Of a DNA stretch of 64,000 bases, positions 40,704-50,485 are shown piece after piece. The DNA is from Candidatus Bathyarchaeota archaeon (GTDB lineage: Archaea; Thermoproteota; Bathyarchaeia; Bathyarchaeales; Bathycorpusculaceae): assembly GCA_963832745.1 (NCBI GenBank), contig CAWHVC010000001.1, positions 544,001 to 608,000 on the forward strand. The letters are read 5' to 3'. Position numbers and translations under genes: made by a program. Within the stretch, counting starts at the first letter, position 1. Every line of letters begins with the position of its first letter. The notes beneath the pieces are model-generated. The model was not told where the DNA came from, searched no databases, and worked only from the letters and a program-made list of their open reading frames with translations.

Positions 40704-42140
40704 TTAATGTGCATGAACCATTCCATAAACCAAGTAATTTCTTAAAATTTTGAGAACATATTGTTTTGCCAAAGAAAAATCAGACGGATTTCTAGCTATA
40801 TACCAAACGTTTTGCAACCACCATTTAGGATTGAAATAAAGCGAACGATAAGCAAGCCTTCTAGCTTTATTTAAGTCATTGTAGTCTAATTCGGCAGTTC
40901 GCATAATTGATTCATGCTGGAACATATTCCAACCTATGCCTTCCTTGACCCAATTGTTCTCGATTGCTATTTTGTATAATTCAGTACCGGGATAAGGAAC
41001 CGCCACATTAATTTGTGCACCAGTTGGCAATGTCCTTTTTATGAAACCTATTGTTTCTTTTACTGTCGCCCAGTTTTCACCTGGCAACCCAAACATAAAA
41101 CTACAAAGCACCTTTATCCCCGCTTCTTTAGCCCATTTAATTGCATGTTCTGCTTGCCTGACTGTTACACCTTTTTGAGCATTATTAAGAATAAGTTGGC
41201 TACCTGATTCGATACCAAAAGAAATACCTCTACAACCACCATCGTAAAGAATACGCAGAAGCTCAGGGTCTACGAGGTTAACTCGTGTATTACAGTACCA
41301 AACAATACCCAAGTTCTCAGTCTTTATACTCTTCGAAATTAATATCGCTCTTTCTCGGTCAATTGTAAAAGTTTCATCGAAGAAGGAGACAACCTTCACG
41401 TTATGGACACTCTTCAGATAACGAAGCTCCTTCAGAATACTTTCAGCTGATCGCTTTTTTAGCGTTGTTCTTCTTTCAGTACAGTAAATGCAAGAATAAG
41501 GACAACCTTTACTTGAGTAAAGAATTGTGAAAGCGCCACCCTGTGGGATATTTACGAAGTATCCCTCTAAGTTTGGAAGCAAATCATAAGCGGGTAAAGG
41601 AAGAAAGTCCCAATTCAATTCCGGCACCGCTAATTCAGTAATTTTTGCAGCATCATTTTCACGATAAGCGATACCTGGAACAGTTGATAGAGACTCACCT
41701 TTAAAAAAGGCAGATATAACCAGAGGAACAACAACTTCACTTTCATGCAGAATATAGATATCCATGTCAGGAGCGGATTCTAACACTTTTAATGGAAGAG
41801 TTCTAAGTGTCCAACAGATTCCAATGGTTACCGCTCTCGGCAGTAATTTTTTTGAAATTTTGGCGGTTTTCATGTCCCATTCGAAAGTTGTAGGAGTAAA
41901 CCTAAAAACCAAAAAATCGAAGCTTAAACTAGATAATTTAGTTGTCAATTGAGACCAACTTAAATTTAGGAGATTAGCATCGATTAGTTGAACTTCATGC
42001 CCTGCTGCTTTTAATTGAGCAGCAACCTGTAGTAAACTATAAGGGGGGATAACTGCATCACGGTCTGTAATTTCGCATCGTTCTTCCCGTATAACAGGCA
42101 ATCCGTGGAATCTAGGGGGATTTATCAACAAAATGTTCAT
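40704..42140 (-). CDS. Cobalamin-binding radical SAM protein
   Basis: LLINPP B12-binding N-terminus; SKGCPYSCIYC; GIESGSQ; PYPGT. Confidence 0.9.
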   Translation of the reverse strand: MNILLINPPRFHGLPVIREERCEITDRDAVIPPYSLLQVAAQLKAAGHEVQLIDANLLNLSWSQLTTKLSSLSFDFLVFRFTPTTFEWDMKTAKISKKLLPRAVTIGICWTLRTLPLKVLESAPDMDIYILHESEVVVPLVISAFFKGESLSTVPGIAYRENDAAKITELAVPELNWDFLPLPAYDLLPNLEGYFVNIPQGGAFTILYSSKGCPYSCIYCTERRTTLKKRSAESILKELRYLKSVHNVKVVSFFDETFTIDRERAILISKSIKTENLGIVWYCNTRVNLVDPELLRILYDGGCRGISFGIESGSQLILNNAQKGVTVRQAEHAIKWAKEAGIKVLCSFMFGLPGENWATVKETIGFIKRTLPTGAQINVAVPYPGTELYKIAIENNWVKEGIGWNMFQHESIMRTAELDYNDLNKARRLAYRSLYFNPKWWLQNVWYIARNPSDFSLAKQYVLKILRNYLVYGMVHAH

Positions 42141-43388
42141 TCAACAATCTCCTTGAATGTTTAAAGATATTATTTCCTCGTAAAGTTCAAGATATTTACT
42201 GAGATTAGAAGTCCATGAAAAATTTTTGGCAATAGTCTTGGTCGCATTTTGACTTAATTTTAATTGTAAATCTTTGTTTTCCAAAAGATTGATAATAGAA
42301 TCCGCGAGCATCTGGGATGATTTTTGATCAATTAAAATTCCATTATCACCATTTTGAATTATTTCAGGGATACCGCCAACTCTTGTTGCTACGACAGGCT
42401 TTCCACAAGCCATAGCCTCTAAAATTGTGTAAGGGCTATTTTCTGTAAAGCTTGGAGCAACAAGCAACTCTGATTTCTTAATCAGATGAATTATAGACTC
42501 TCTTGATAAAGGTCCTGTAAATAGTGCATAAGAAGATAAATTCATTGCTTTAATTTTCTTTAAATAACGCTCTTGATCACCTGGACCAGCAAAAACAAAC
42601 AATAAATTTTCCCGGCGCAGTTTTTGAATAACAGCTGGCATAGATTCAATTATGCAATCTACACCTTTCAATGCTAATAATCGTCCAACAAAAAGAATTA
42701 TGCGATAATCATTTAAAATAGATAGATCACTTTTTTCTGAAAAGTCATAATCAAAGGTATAATCGGCAAAGTCAACAGAGTTAGGTATAACGCGAATATT
42801 TGAATTTATTGAAAAATCTTTACGCATTAATTGCATCATCCATCTTGATGGAGATATCAAAAATCTATTATGTTTAAAATAGGCAGCCTCCGCTAACCTA
42901 AGAAAAGGATACATAATGCAAGTAGCTTGCTCAGACTTCTCCAGTTCACCAAATTGTCTATCAGAATACCTCGTGGCCAACCTTTGAGATTTTATTGTTG
43001 TATGCACTGTTGTCACAAAGGGTTTGCCCATTTTTCTGAACATCAAAAGAAGGTCCGGCATTTGAGCGGTATGAGAATGGATTAGTTCAATTTTTTCTTC
43101 TTTTACAAGTTTGGGAACATAAGTTAAACAAGCTCTTTGAAATTTAGCGTTATAAAAAAATGTATCATTAGCAGCAGATATGAAATGAACATGCACATTG
43201 CTTCCAAAATATTGAGAAAAGTTTACTTTATCAATTTTTTGTTTTCCAAAACTTGTTCGCTCTGGTGTCAAAACATGTACGTCTATATTTTTTGGCAAAT
43301 GTCTAACTAGCTCGATTATATATGTCCCTACACCGCCCCAAACTGGGAAAAACTCGGGAGCTAACATACAAATTTTCAATACATACAC
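42141..43388 (-). CDS. Glycosyltransferase family 4
   Basis: PEFFPVWGG, FVGRL..KG, ENSPYTILEAMACG. Confidence 0.9.
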   Translation of the reverse strand: MYVLKICMLAPEFFPVWGGVGTYIIELVRHLPKNIDVHVLTPERTSFGKQKIDKVNFSQYFGSNVHVHFISAANDTFFYNAKFQRACLTYVPKLVKEEKIELIHSHTAQMPDLLLMFRKMGKPFVTTVHTTIKSQRLATRYSDRQFGELEKSEQATCIMYPFLRLAEAAYFKHNRFLISPSRWMMQLMRKDFSINSNIRVIPNSVDFADYTFDYDFSEKSDLSILNDYRIILFVGRLLALKGVDCIIESMPAVIQKLRRENLLFVFAGPGDQERYLKKIKAMNLSSYALFTGPLSRESIIHLIKKSELLVAPSFTENSPYTILEAMACGKPVVATRVGGIPEIIQNGDNGILIDQKSSQMLADSIINLLENKDLQLKLSQNATKTIAKNFSWTSNLSKYLELYEEIISLNIQGDC

Positions 43389-43458
43389 CCAAAATATTAA
43401 GAAATTAACCTAAACAACAGAATAATTTGGAATAGCCCTGTTTTGCCGTTCTACTAAC

Positions 43459-45873
43459 TCAAGGCTGTATCAACTTTACTGCAGAATTACCCCATAAGTC
43501 ATTTGCAGCTACACCAATTTTTTCTATTCCAGCGATTGGGGATGAAGTTACATGATAAACTTTTATTTCTTCTATTAGCGCACCATCATTGGCTGAGTTT
43601 GACAAAACAGTTAACCTAACGTATCTAACAGTTCGTTCACTAAATTGGTCTAAAACTATTCCGTGTTTTCCAGTATTAGAAACTATTTGGACCCAATTTG
43701 AACGGTCATTAGATACCTCGATTTTATAGTTGTAAAGTCTATTATCGCTACCATCATCACAAAAATAGGTTTGAATCTCACTTATAGAAACCGATGACCC
43801 CAAGTCTATTTCGACCCACTGAGGTAATTGAGTACTAGTACCCCAATAATTATTTTCTAGCTCTACCCCATCAACAATGAGTTCTGGTGCGTGCCCTAAC
43901 TCTTGAGATGATGCAGTAACACCCGAGGGGTTAGCGTTTACACTCACTTCAAGGATATGTGCATAAGAATTAGCCGAGTTATATGTGACGACAATTCTAA
44001 CATATTTTGCTTCGGTAGACTGATCAAGATAATCCCACACTACACCTCGACCATCTTTCTCATTTACCACTGTATTCCATGACAAATGATCATTTGAAAC
44101 TTGAATATAGTATCTGTATAAACGATTATCATAATCAAAAAAGTGAGTTCTAATATTGGTTATAGAAGATACAGAACCTAAGTCAAGTTCTAACCATGCA
44201 CCAGCCTGTACGGTACTAGGCGTACTATCCCAGAAACTCGAAAGGGTATCGTCACCATCAACAGTTCTTTGAGGTTCATATCCTTCTAAAAAGCCAGAAG
44301 CCGTGACACTTTCTACAGGCAGCCCCATTGTTGCTCGAGCAGCGACTGCCACATTTTCTCTCATAACTATTTGATTGGGAAGATCAAAAGTCCAAGAGTT
44401 AGTCCCAGTTTTTGAAGCTGTCACATGCAAGTAGTTCCCGTTAGCATACTTAAGTGCAACATATGGATGATCGCCCCACAAGGGTTCATTTGATGTAACC
44501 GTGTACGTATTAGCATTTTGGGTAATTGTCAAAGTAGGAGGGACATCATCACTAATTCCTACTGCTTTTTGAATAGCAGTTTTTGCAGTGACATACTGGA
44601 AAGAGACGCCATTAAAATCAGGGTTAGATTCGGCATTACGTAAATAAAGGTCAAGCCAGTTAACTAAAGTGTTTAAGTCATTTCTATCATGACTGTAGAG
44701 TGAAAAAACTGCGCTACCTGTTTCTTTAGCTTTTTGAAAAGCCGAATTAACATCTACCTGATTAAGCTCACCAAGGCTTGTTACTGCCCAAGAGCTAATA
44801 CCCTCAGGGTGAAATGGATACCAATCGCCACCTGGCGAAGTATATTCAAAAGGCATCCAATATGACTCCCAATCCAGCATACCAGGAGAATTCCATCCAG
44901 TTCGCCAGACTGATGGATAATAATTACTATCCAATATCATATGATCCAAAGCATCCATATGATATGTGTATGAACCATCCAAATCATTGTAGTACATTTT
45001 CCACATACCATCTTCAAAAACCATAAAATGATGATGATACTCGATAGCATCACCATACAACCCCAACTCGTTTCCCCAATAAGTATTAAGAATATCATAA
45101 ACAGCAGTATACCCTGAAACACCAACTTGAGTACCGTTTGCCCAGACAAAGTTACTTTTAGACATAAAATAATCCATTTCAGCAAACCATGTAACTTTAA
45201 ACGGGTTACCAAAACTATCTACATATGACTGCCGAAATGCATCATCGAATATTGCTGAAAGGGATGAATCGGTTTTATCGTATTCTCGCATATCTAACGT
45301 GGGATGGGGGTCTTTATTTTTCGGGTCATTTACATCCAAATATGGACTATGGTCTTCCCACATTTCAGTGTCAACCGCTATTACAACATAAACCGTTTTT
45401 TGATTCGAATTCTTAGAGAGACTTAGGGTGGCCTCAGTAAAAGTTCCATCATTTCCAGTAACTTTAATTTTCACGGGTTCATTCAAAGATAAGACAGAGT
45501 AATCGACTAGAATTGAAGCGGTCTGCCCTTCAGAAAGCCCAAAGGGTAACACTTGAGTATTACCGTTAATACTAAAAATTGTTTGGAGTTCATTCTTTAC
45601 GTAAACACTACTTGAACCTATTTCTATAAGACCTTGTCCAATGTTCTGCACATAAACTATTAGTTTGTTTGTACTTGGGTCAATGGCAGCGCTTTGTATT
45701 TGAAGAGCTTTACCGGTTCGAGTGGTTGTAAAGTTTAGGTACCCTCCAATCCAAGCGTAAGCTGCCAGAGCGGCGACTATTGTTATAGCTATCATCAGAA
45801 GAGCAGATATAACAGGCGAAAGCGCTCTAATATTACGTCTAAGTTTAGAAATTTTTTTCTTCAACATATACAT
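43459..45873 (-). CDS. Type IV pilin fused to putative deacetylase-like domain and two F5/8-type C (discoidin) domains
   Basis: NIRA/LSPVISALLMIAI; central VIAVDTE..VTWF..YHHHF..WRTGW..YSHD; two repeats of W.E.DLG..Y.I.VSND..W..A/VR/KYVR. Confidence 0.8.
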   Translation of the reverse strand: MYMLKKKISKLRRNIRALSPVISALLMIAITIVAALAAYAWIGGYLNFTTTRTGKALQIQSAAIDPSTNKLIVYVQNIGQGLIEIGSSSVYVKNELQTIFSINGNTQVLPFGLSEGQTASILVDYSVLSLNEPVKIKVTGNDGTFTEATLSLSKNSNQKTVYVVIAVDTEMWEDHSPYLDVNDPKNKDPHPTLDMREYDKTDSSLSAIFDDAFRQSYVDSFGNPFKVTWFAEMDYFMSKSNFVWANGTQVGVSGYTAVYDILNTYWGNELGLYGDAIEYHHHFMVFEDGMWKMYYNDLDGSYTYHMDALDHMILDSNYYPSVWRTGWNSPGMLDWESYWMPFEYTSPGGDWYPFHPEGISSWAVTSLGELNQVDVNSAFQKAKETGSAVFSLYSHDRNDLNTLVNWLDLYLRNAESNPDFNGVSFQYVTAKTAIQKAVGISDDVPPTLTITQNANTYTVTSNEPLWGDHPYVALKYANGNYLHVTASKTGTNSWTFDLPNQIVMRENVAVAARATMGLPVESVTASGFLEGYEPQRTVDGDDTLSSFWDSTPSTVQAGAWLELDLGSVSSITNIRTHFFDYDNRLYRYYIQVSNDHLSWNTVVNEKDGRGVVWDYLDQSTEAKYVRIVVTYNSANSYAHILEVSVNANPSGVTASSQELGHAPELIVDGVELENNYWGTSTQLPQWVEIDLGSSVSISEIQTYFCDDGSDNRLYNYKIEVSNDRSNWVQIVSNTGKHGIVLDQFSERTVRYVRLTVLSNSANDGALIEEIKVYHVTSSPIAGIEKIGVAANDLWGNSAVKLIQP

Positions 45874-45912
45874 ACCTCTTTTTTAAAAATAAAATGCCCC
45901 GTTTGAGAAATC

Positions 45913-46624
45913 TTATTTTAAAGATTCATAAAAAATTCGTTTTAGAATTACAGCGCCATGTTTTAATCCAAGTTTTTTTTCGCCTATTCGGGAACGATAA
46001 GCGATTGGAACCTCAACAGTTTCATAAGCCGCTTCTTTTAACATAACTGTTCAGTTCAACTTCGATATCAAAATCTTTAGAAATAGGAGTCCAACCACGC
46101 ATTAATTCTGCTCTAATAACCCGTAAACCAGTCAAAGGGTCTTTCAAACTTACGCCGTTTAATATTGCATGAGCTGTAGCTATCAACTTGTTGCCGAGAT
46201 GAAAAACATCTTTCATCACTTCAAGCGGATAAATTGAATTAAATCTGTTTCCACATACCATGCCTATTTGAGGGTTTTCTTCCAAAATTCTTATCATTTG
46301 AGGTATATGTTGTGCAGGATATGTATAATCTGCATCGCTTATCACTACGTATGCGATGTTAGCATCCATACATTTTAGTCCGAAGCTTAAAGCGTCCCCT
46401 TTACCCATTCCTTCTTGGAAAACAACGTCGGCACCTAAGCTTTTGGCAACATGAACGGTGTTATCTCGGCTTTTTCCATCAACCACTAAGATTCTAGGGT
46501 TTCTTAAGTACTCTTTTAGCTCAGCAATAGTGTAAGCTATACCTTGTTCTTCATTTAACGCTGCAATGATAATTTGCATAGGCTGAAACGCAAAATAATT
46601 ATCCATTTTGTCCAAGCAACTCAC
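45913..46624 (-). CDS. Glycosyltransferase family 2 (dolichol-P-sugar synthase-like), +1 frameshift at ~46026
   Basis: VDGKSRD, DADYTYP; the missing C-terminus YETVEVPIAYRSRIGEKKL continues in the next frame to a stop at 45913. Confidence 0.88.
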
Positions 46625-46703
46625 CGCTCTTAAATTAACTCAATGATACCATGTATATAAAAACGCATAGAAGCAAATTCTATAGTACACAACAAGATTG
46701 CGC

Positions 46704-47306
46704 CTACTGTGTTACGTTTAGTGTCAAATACACTGACCGGTTATGAAACTGGGAAACGCCCAAGGTGGAATTGAACAGCCAAAGCTCGACAAATAGGCCA
46801 TAGTAATACCCTGTTCTGTTTGAGTTCCACATAGACGCTTCATTTACAGGGAAATCTAACCCATTAATACTGACACTTGAAATCTGTGACTTACCCTCAG
46901 AAAAATTAAAGTCATTAACTTTAAATGTAAGAGGTGTTTCCCAACTTTGCTCATCCTGAATAAACGTGTTAAATTCATACAATCCAAGCAAAGGACTAGG
47001 TGTTCCCAACTGAGTATTTGGGAGAGGTTCTGTTTCATTTCTAAACTTAACAATGCAAGTATAGTAACTTGACTGACCCATATGGTTACCAACACCTAAA
47101 TAAACCGAGTATTCTACGCCAACTTTCACGTTAAATGGAATATCATCAAACGTATGATTAGGCCCAAGCATGTAAAGCTCCGAAAACTGTTCACCTACTG
47201 GCGCCGTGATTATAAGAGCCAGCGTGGGCGAGGCAAAAATTAGAATGCCGATGAGAGTGACAGCGATAAAAACCATTCGGTAATTTTCAAGTTTCGTTGT
47301 AAACAA
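46704..47306 (-). CDS. DUF1616-like exported protein
   Basis: TM helix then EQFSELYMLGP..VGNHMG..Y. Confidence 0.7.
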   Translation of the reverse strand: MFTTKLENYRMVFIAVTLIGILIFASPTLALIITAPVGEQFSELYMLGPNHTFDDIPFNVKVGVEYSVYLGVGNHMGQSSYYTCIVKFRNETEPLPNTQLGTPSPLLGLYEFNTFIQDEQSWETPLTFKVNDFNFSEGKSQISSVSINGLDFPVNEASMWNSNRTGYYYGLFVELWLFNSTLGVSQFHNRSVYLTLNVTQ

Positions 47307-47787
47307 CCTCAGGTTTCATCGATAATAACTTCTTTGTGTAGGAACCACTAAACCGTTGCCAAGCGATTATCATTATTAATATAAAAACGATAGAACAAAC
47401 TACCGAAAAAATAACCGTAAACCAAAAACTATTTCGACCCAACATAAGGCTAAAATCTTTCAGAGTAAGCGCTTCAGTGTTAACTTGATCAGCTATTTGC
47501 CGGGCATTATCAGCCTTTGACACCACACTGGACGGGTTTCCAGCTTGGTAAGCGTTTTGAGCATCTGCTAAAAGATCGCCTGCCCCATCTAACCTAGCCA
47601 ATAGTGCTGTCACGTTGCCACCGGCCTTTTCTGCAGCTAAAACATTGGTAAATGCAAGGTTAATAGAAGATGTTGCGCTTTGAATGCTTACCTCTTCATC
47701 AGCACCTTTTACCGCCACTATTTGGCAACTACCAGTTAAAATCACTATTAACATAGTGATTGTTACCAAGATAACTTGCTTTTTCAA
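47287..47787 (-). CDS. Hypothetical membrane-anchored helical protein
   Basis: Signal peptide, AEKAGGNV helical domain, C-terminal TM helix. Confidence 0.7.
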   Translation of the reverse strand: MKKQVILVTITMLIVILTGSCQIVAVKGADEEVSIQSATSSINLAFTNVLAAEKAGGNVTALLARLDGAGDLLADAQNAYQAGNPSSVVSKADNARQIADQVNTEALTLKDFSLMLGRNSFWFTVIFSVVCSIVFILIMIIAWQRFSGSYTKKLLSMKPEVVYNET

Positions 47788-47836
47788 AACGCCACCTCGA
47801 AGAAGACACGTTTTTGTTACGCTAAAACGTTTAATT

Positions 47837-48154
47837 TTAACTACCGCTTGAACAAAATTCTTCCAAAATTTTTCGTGAATTATTTAAATGAACTAACCTC
47901 TTCTTGACATTTTGATTATACTTACAGTACTGCTTGTAGACCTCAATAAAATCATGACCACGATCAGTAAGTTGATAACATTGCTGCTCAGGCAAATAAT
48001 AAATTAAAGATGCATTGATAACTTCAATAAGATATTTTTGTAACACACTATAACTCAGATTTGCTTGATACATTATCTGAGTTTTTTTGGCATTTTTGCT
48101 AGCTGCCTCCAAAATGTCGGCAATTATGGCAAGCCTATCACGATAAATACCCAA
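47837..48154 (-). CDS. Winged helix-turn-helix transcriptional regulator
   Basis: RDRLAIIADIL..KKTQIMYQANLSY..YQLTDRG; start placed at TTG. Confidence 0.85.
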   Translation of the reverse strand: MGIYRDRLAIIADILEAASKNAKKTQIMYQANLSYSVLQKYLIEVINASLIYYLPEQQCYQLTDRGHDFIEVYKQYCKYNQNVKKRLVHLNNSRKILEEFCSSGS

Positions 48155-48615
48155 GAAACAACCCTCATTAATCAAAACGGATTCGAAACAATATTTCAAC
48201 TTAAAGCAAAACAGAATCATAATAACCTTTAATCAATCCCTTCCTGACGGAAGCGGACAATGAAAGGCTAATTTACTCTAGCGAGTTATCAGTTGCTCTC
48301 CTTTTCCATCTCTAACCAAACTATTTAAGACAAACAGGACAAAGCATCTATTTAAATTGTCTAGAACAATACTCTATATTTTACATAACAATTTATCCAG
48401 TTAGCAAGTACACTACAAACAATAACAAGTTAGATCTTCACTCAAGCGCGTAGAACGTTAAAAAAAGATTTCCTTTTCAGCTCACACATTTTGGAGCAAA
48501 ATTGACAAAACCTAAGACACCATAAAAAAATACTTTCACAATAAAAAGCCAACAAATAATGCAATAAAAGGATCATTAAAAAATTCAAAAGCAACAAACA
48601 ATTACGAAACCAAGA

Positions 48616-49737
48616 TCAGGCTCCCACGGCCAACTGCACATTCTTTATAACCGTTGAAACTTCAAGATCATTTAACATGCAATGCATCGGCAACGTGATT
48701 GTGCGAGCTAATACTTCTTCAGCTACCGAAAGCGACAGACCAGTGGGATTTAGCTTTTTGTAGAAAGGTTGCATATGACAGGGAGGATAAAAAACGCTTC
48801 CTGTTTCAATACCATGAAGTTTCAACGTTTGAGTAAAAAGTTCTTTGTTGACTTTCTTAATCAGAATTAAAGGATACTTGTAGTAACTACATCTACTGCC
48901 TTTTGGACAGTTAACCACAGATAAACCACCCATTTTTCCAAATGCTTCATCATAATCTTTAGCGATTTTATTCCTAACTTCGACAAAATCTTCAACATTA
49001 TTTAATTGATGGATGCCAAGTACAGCTGAGATTTCAGGCATCAACATATGACGACCCAAGCTTTCAAAGTTTGTTTTTCCGGAACCTGAACCATAATAGC
49101 TGAATAATGAAGCATATTCAGCCAGTTTATTGTCGTTTGTTGCAAGCATACCACCTTCGCCTGTTGTAATCACTTTGGTTGGTGTGAAGGCAAAAACTGA
49201 TGCATCGCCGAAAGTTCCAACTTTTTTACCATCTATTGAAGCACCTAAAGCGTGTGTAGCATCTTCAATCAAAAAAAGACTATGCTCCTTGCAGACTTCC
49301 ATTATTTCTTTCAAATTTGGATTAGGAAAACCTGCAATATGTGTAACTATTACACCACACGTGTTGTTGGTTATTTTATGCTTCAGACTATTCAAGTCCA
49401 TAGAAAGCGTGTCTTTATCTATGTCTGTAAAAACTACTCGCCCCCCAGCGTAAAGAACACTGTTAGGAATTGAAATAAAACTATTAGTACAAACGATAAC
49501 TTCTTTACGCTCAATTTTATAATATTTTAAAACAGTCTCTAATGCACTTAAATCTGAATCCAAAGCGATTGCATGCTTTATACCTAAATAATCAGCGGCT
49601 TTTTGTTGAAACAAATTTAGGTTTTTGCCGTTTCTCAATTGACCACTTTCCAAAACAGATGCAATTTCCGTCAAAATTTTGTCAACATCAGATTTAGAGA
49701 AGTATGGCCTTGATGAACGAATAAAAGAGTCAACCAT
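48616..49737 (-). CDS. DegT/DnrJ/EryC1/StrS sugar aminotransferase
   Basis: IEDATHALG, FTPTKVITTGEGG, LPMH. Confidence 0.92.
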   Translation of the reverse strand: MVDSFIRSSRPYFSKSDVDKILTEIASVLESGQLRNGKNLNLFQQKAADYLGIKHAIALDSDLSALETVLKYYKIERKEVIVCTNSFISIPNSVLYAGGRVVFTDIDKDTLSMDLNSLKHKITNNTCGVIVTHIAGFPNPNLKEIMEVCKEHSLFLIEDATHALGASIDGKKVGTFGDASVFAFTPTKVITTGEGGMLATNDNKLAEYASLFSYYGSGSGKTNFESLGRHMLMPEISAVLGIHQLNNVEDFVEVRNKIAKDYDEAFGKMGGLSVVNCPKGSRCSYYKYPLILIKKVNKELFTQTLKLHGIETGSVFYPPCHMQPFYKKLNPTGLSLSVAEEVLARTITLPMHCMLNDLEVSTVIKNVQLAVGA

Positions 49738-49830
49738 AAAAAACGCCCAAAAAGAAACACGCTCAATCTTAGATGGATTGAACACTGAAATAGAAGTACG
49801 TCAAAGGGGATAATATTTCTTTCTTAACGC

Positions 49831-50217
49831 TTATTTGTGCAGCCAGCCGCGTCCACTTTTTTTAGGTTGCTGCTTAACCTTTCCTTGTTCACAATAACTT
49901 GCTGCACATTTAACGGTTCTTTTAGACTTTTGAGGGATAATACTAGTTTTTACGAATTTTCCCCAGCCACCCATTGTGGGACTTGGAGAAATATACCTTT
50001 CAGTATTTTCTACTTGATGTTTTTCCAAGATTTCTTTAAAGTTTAATGGCTTACAATCTCTTGTGGCATGAACAATCAAACCTCTATCAACGAAAAGGGC
50101 TGAATAATCTTTTACAGCCACGCCTTCAGCCCGAACCTTATCATCTAATCGTTCAAGCCAAAGCCGCTTCCATTCAACTTTAAGGTTATTTACAAGTTCT
50201 TTTTGATTAGACTCCAA
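49831..50217 (-). CDS. Hypothetical protein
   Basis: 128-aa ORF with plausible upstream RBS. Confidence 0.6.
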   Translation of the reverse strand: MESNQKELVNNLKVEWKRLWLERLDDKVRAEGVAVKDYSALFVDRGLIVHATRDCKPLNFKEILEKHQVENTERYISPSPTMGGWGKFVKTSIIPQKSKRTVKCAASYCEQGKVKQQPKKSGRGWLHK

Positions 50218-50485
50218 CTGATATGCTTCCCCCTTTTTTCTGTTAAGGCATTACAGCCCATTTCGCCCTACTAATCTTGCAGTTATTTTAAGTACTCAAA
50301 ACAGCGCTCATATTTAAGCAATAATGAAGATTAAGGAATATTTTCTATAAAGACTAACACTCACCATTATTTGCTATGAGACTTAAGAGGCTGAACACTC
50401 AACCAATAAAAAGCAGCCGACAAAGCGATCGTTTTGTAACCTTTAAATTCTACTTTTACATATTCGGAAAGAGAGGAAACTTTTT

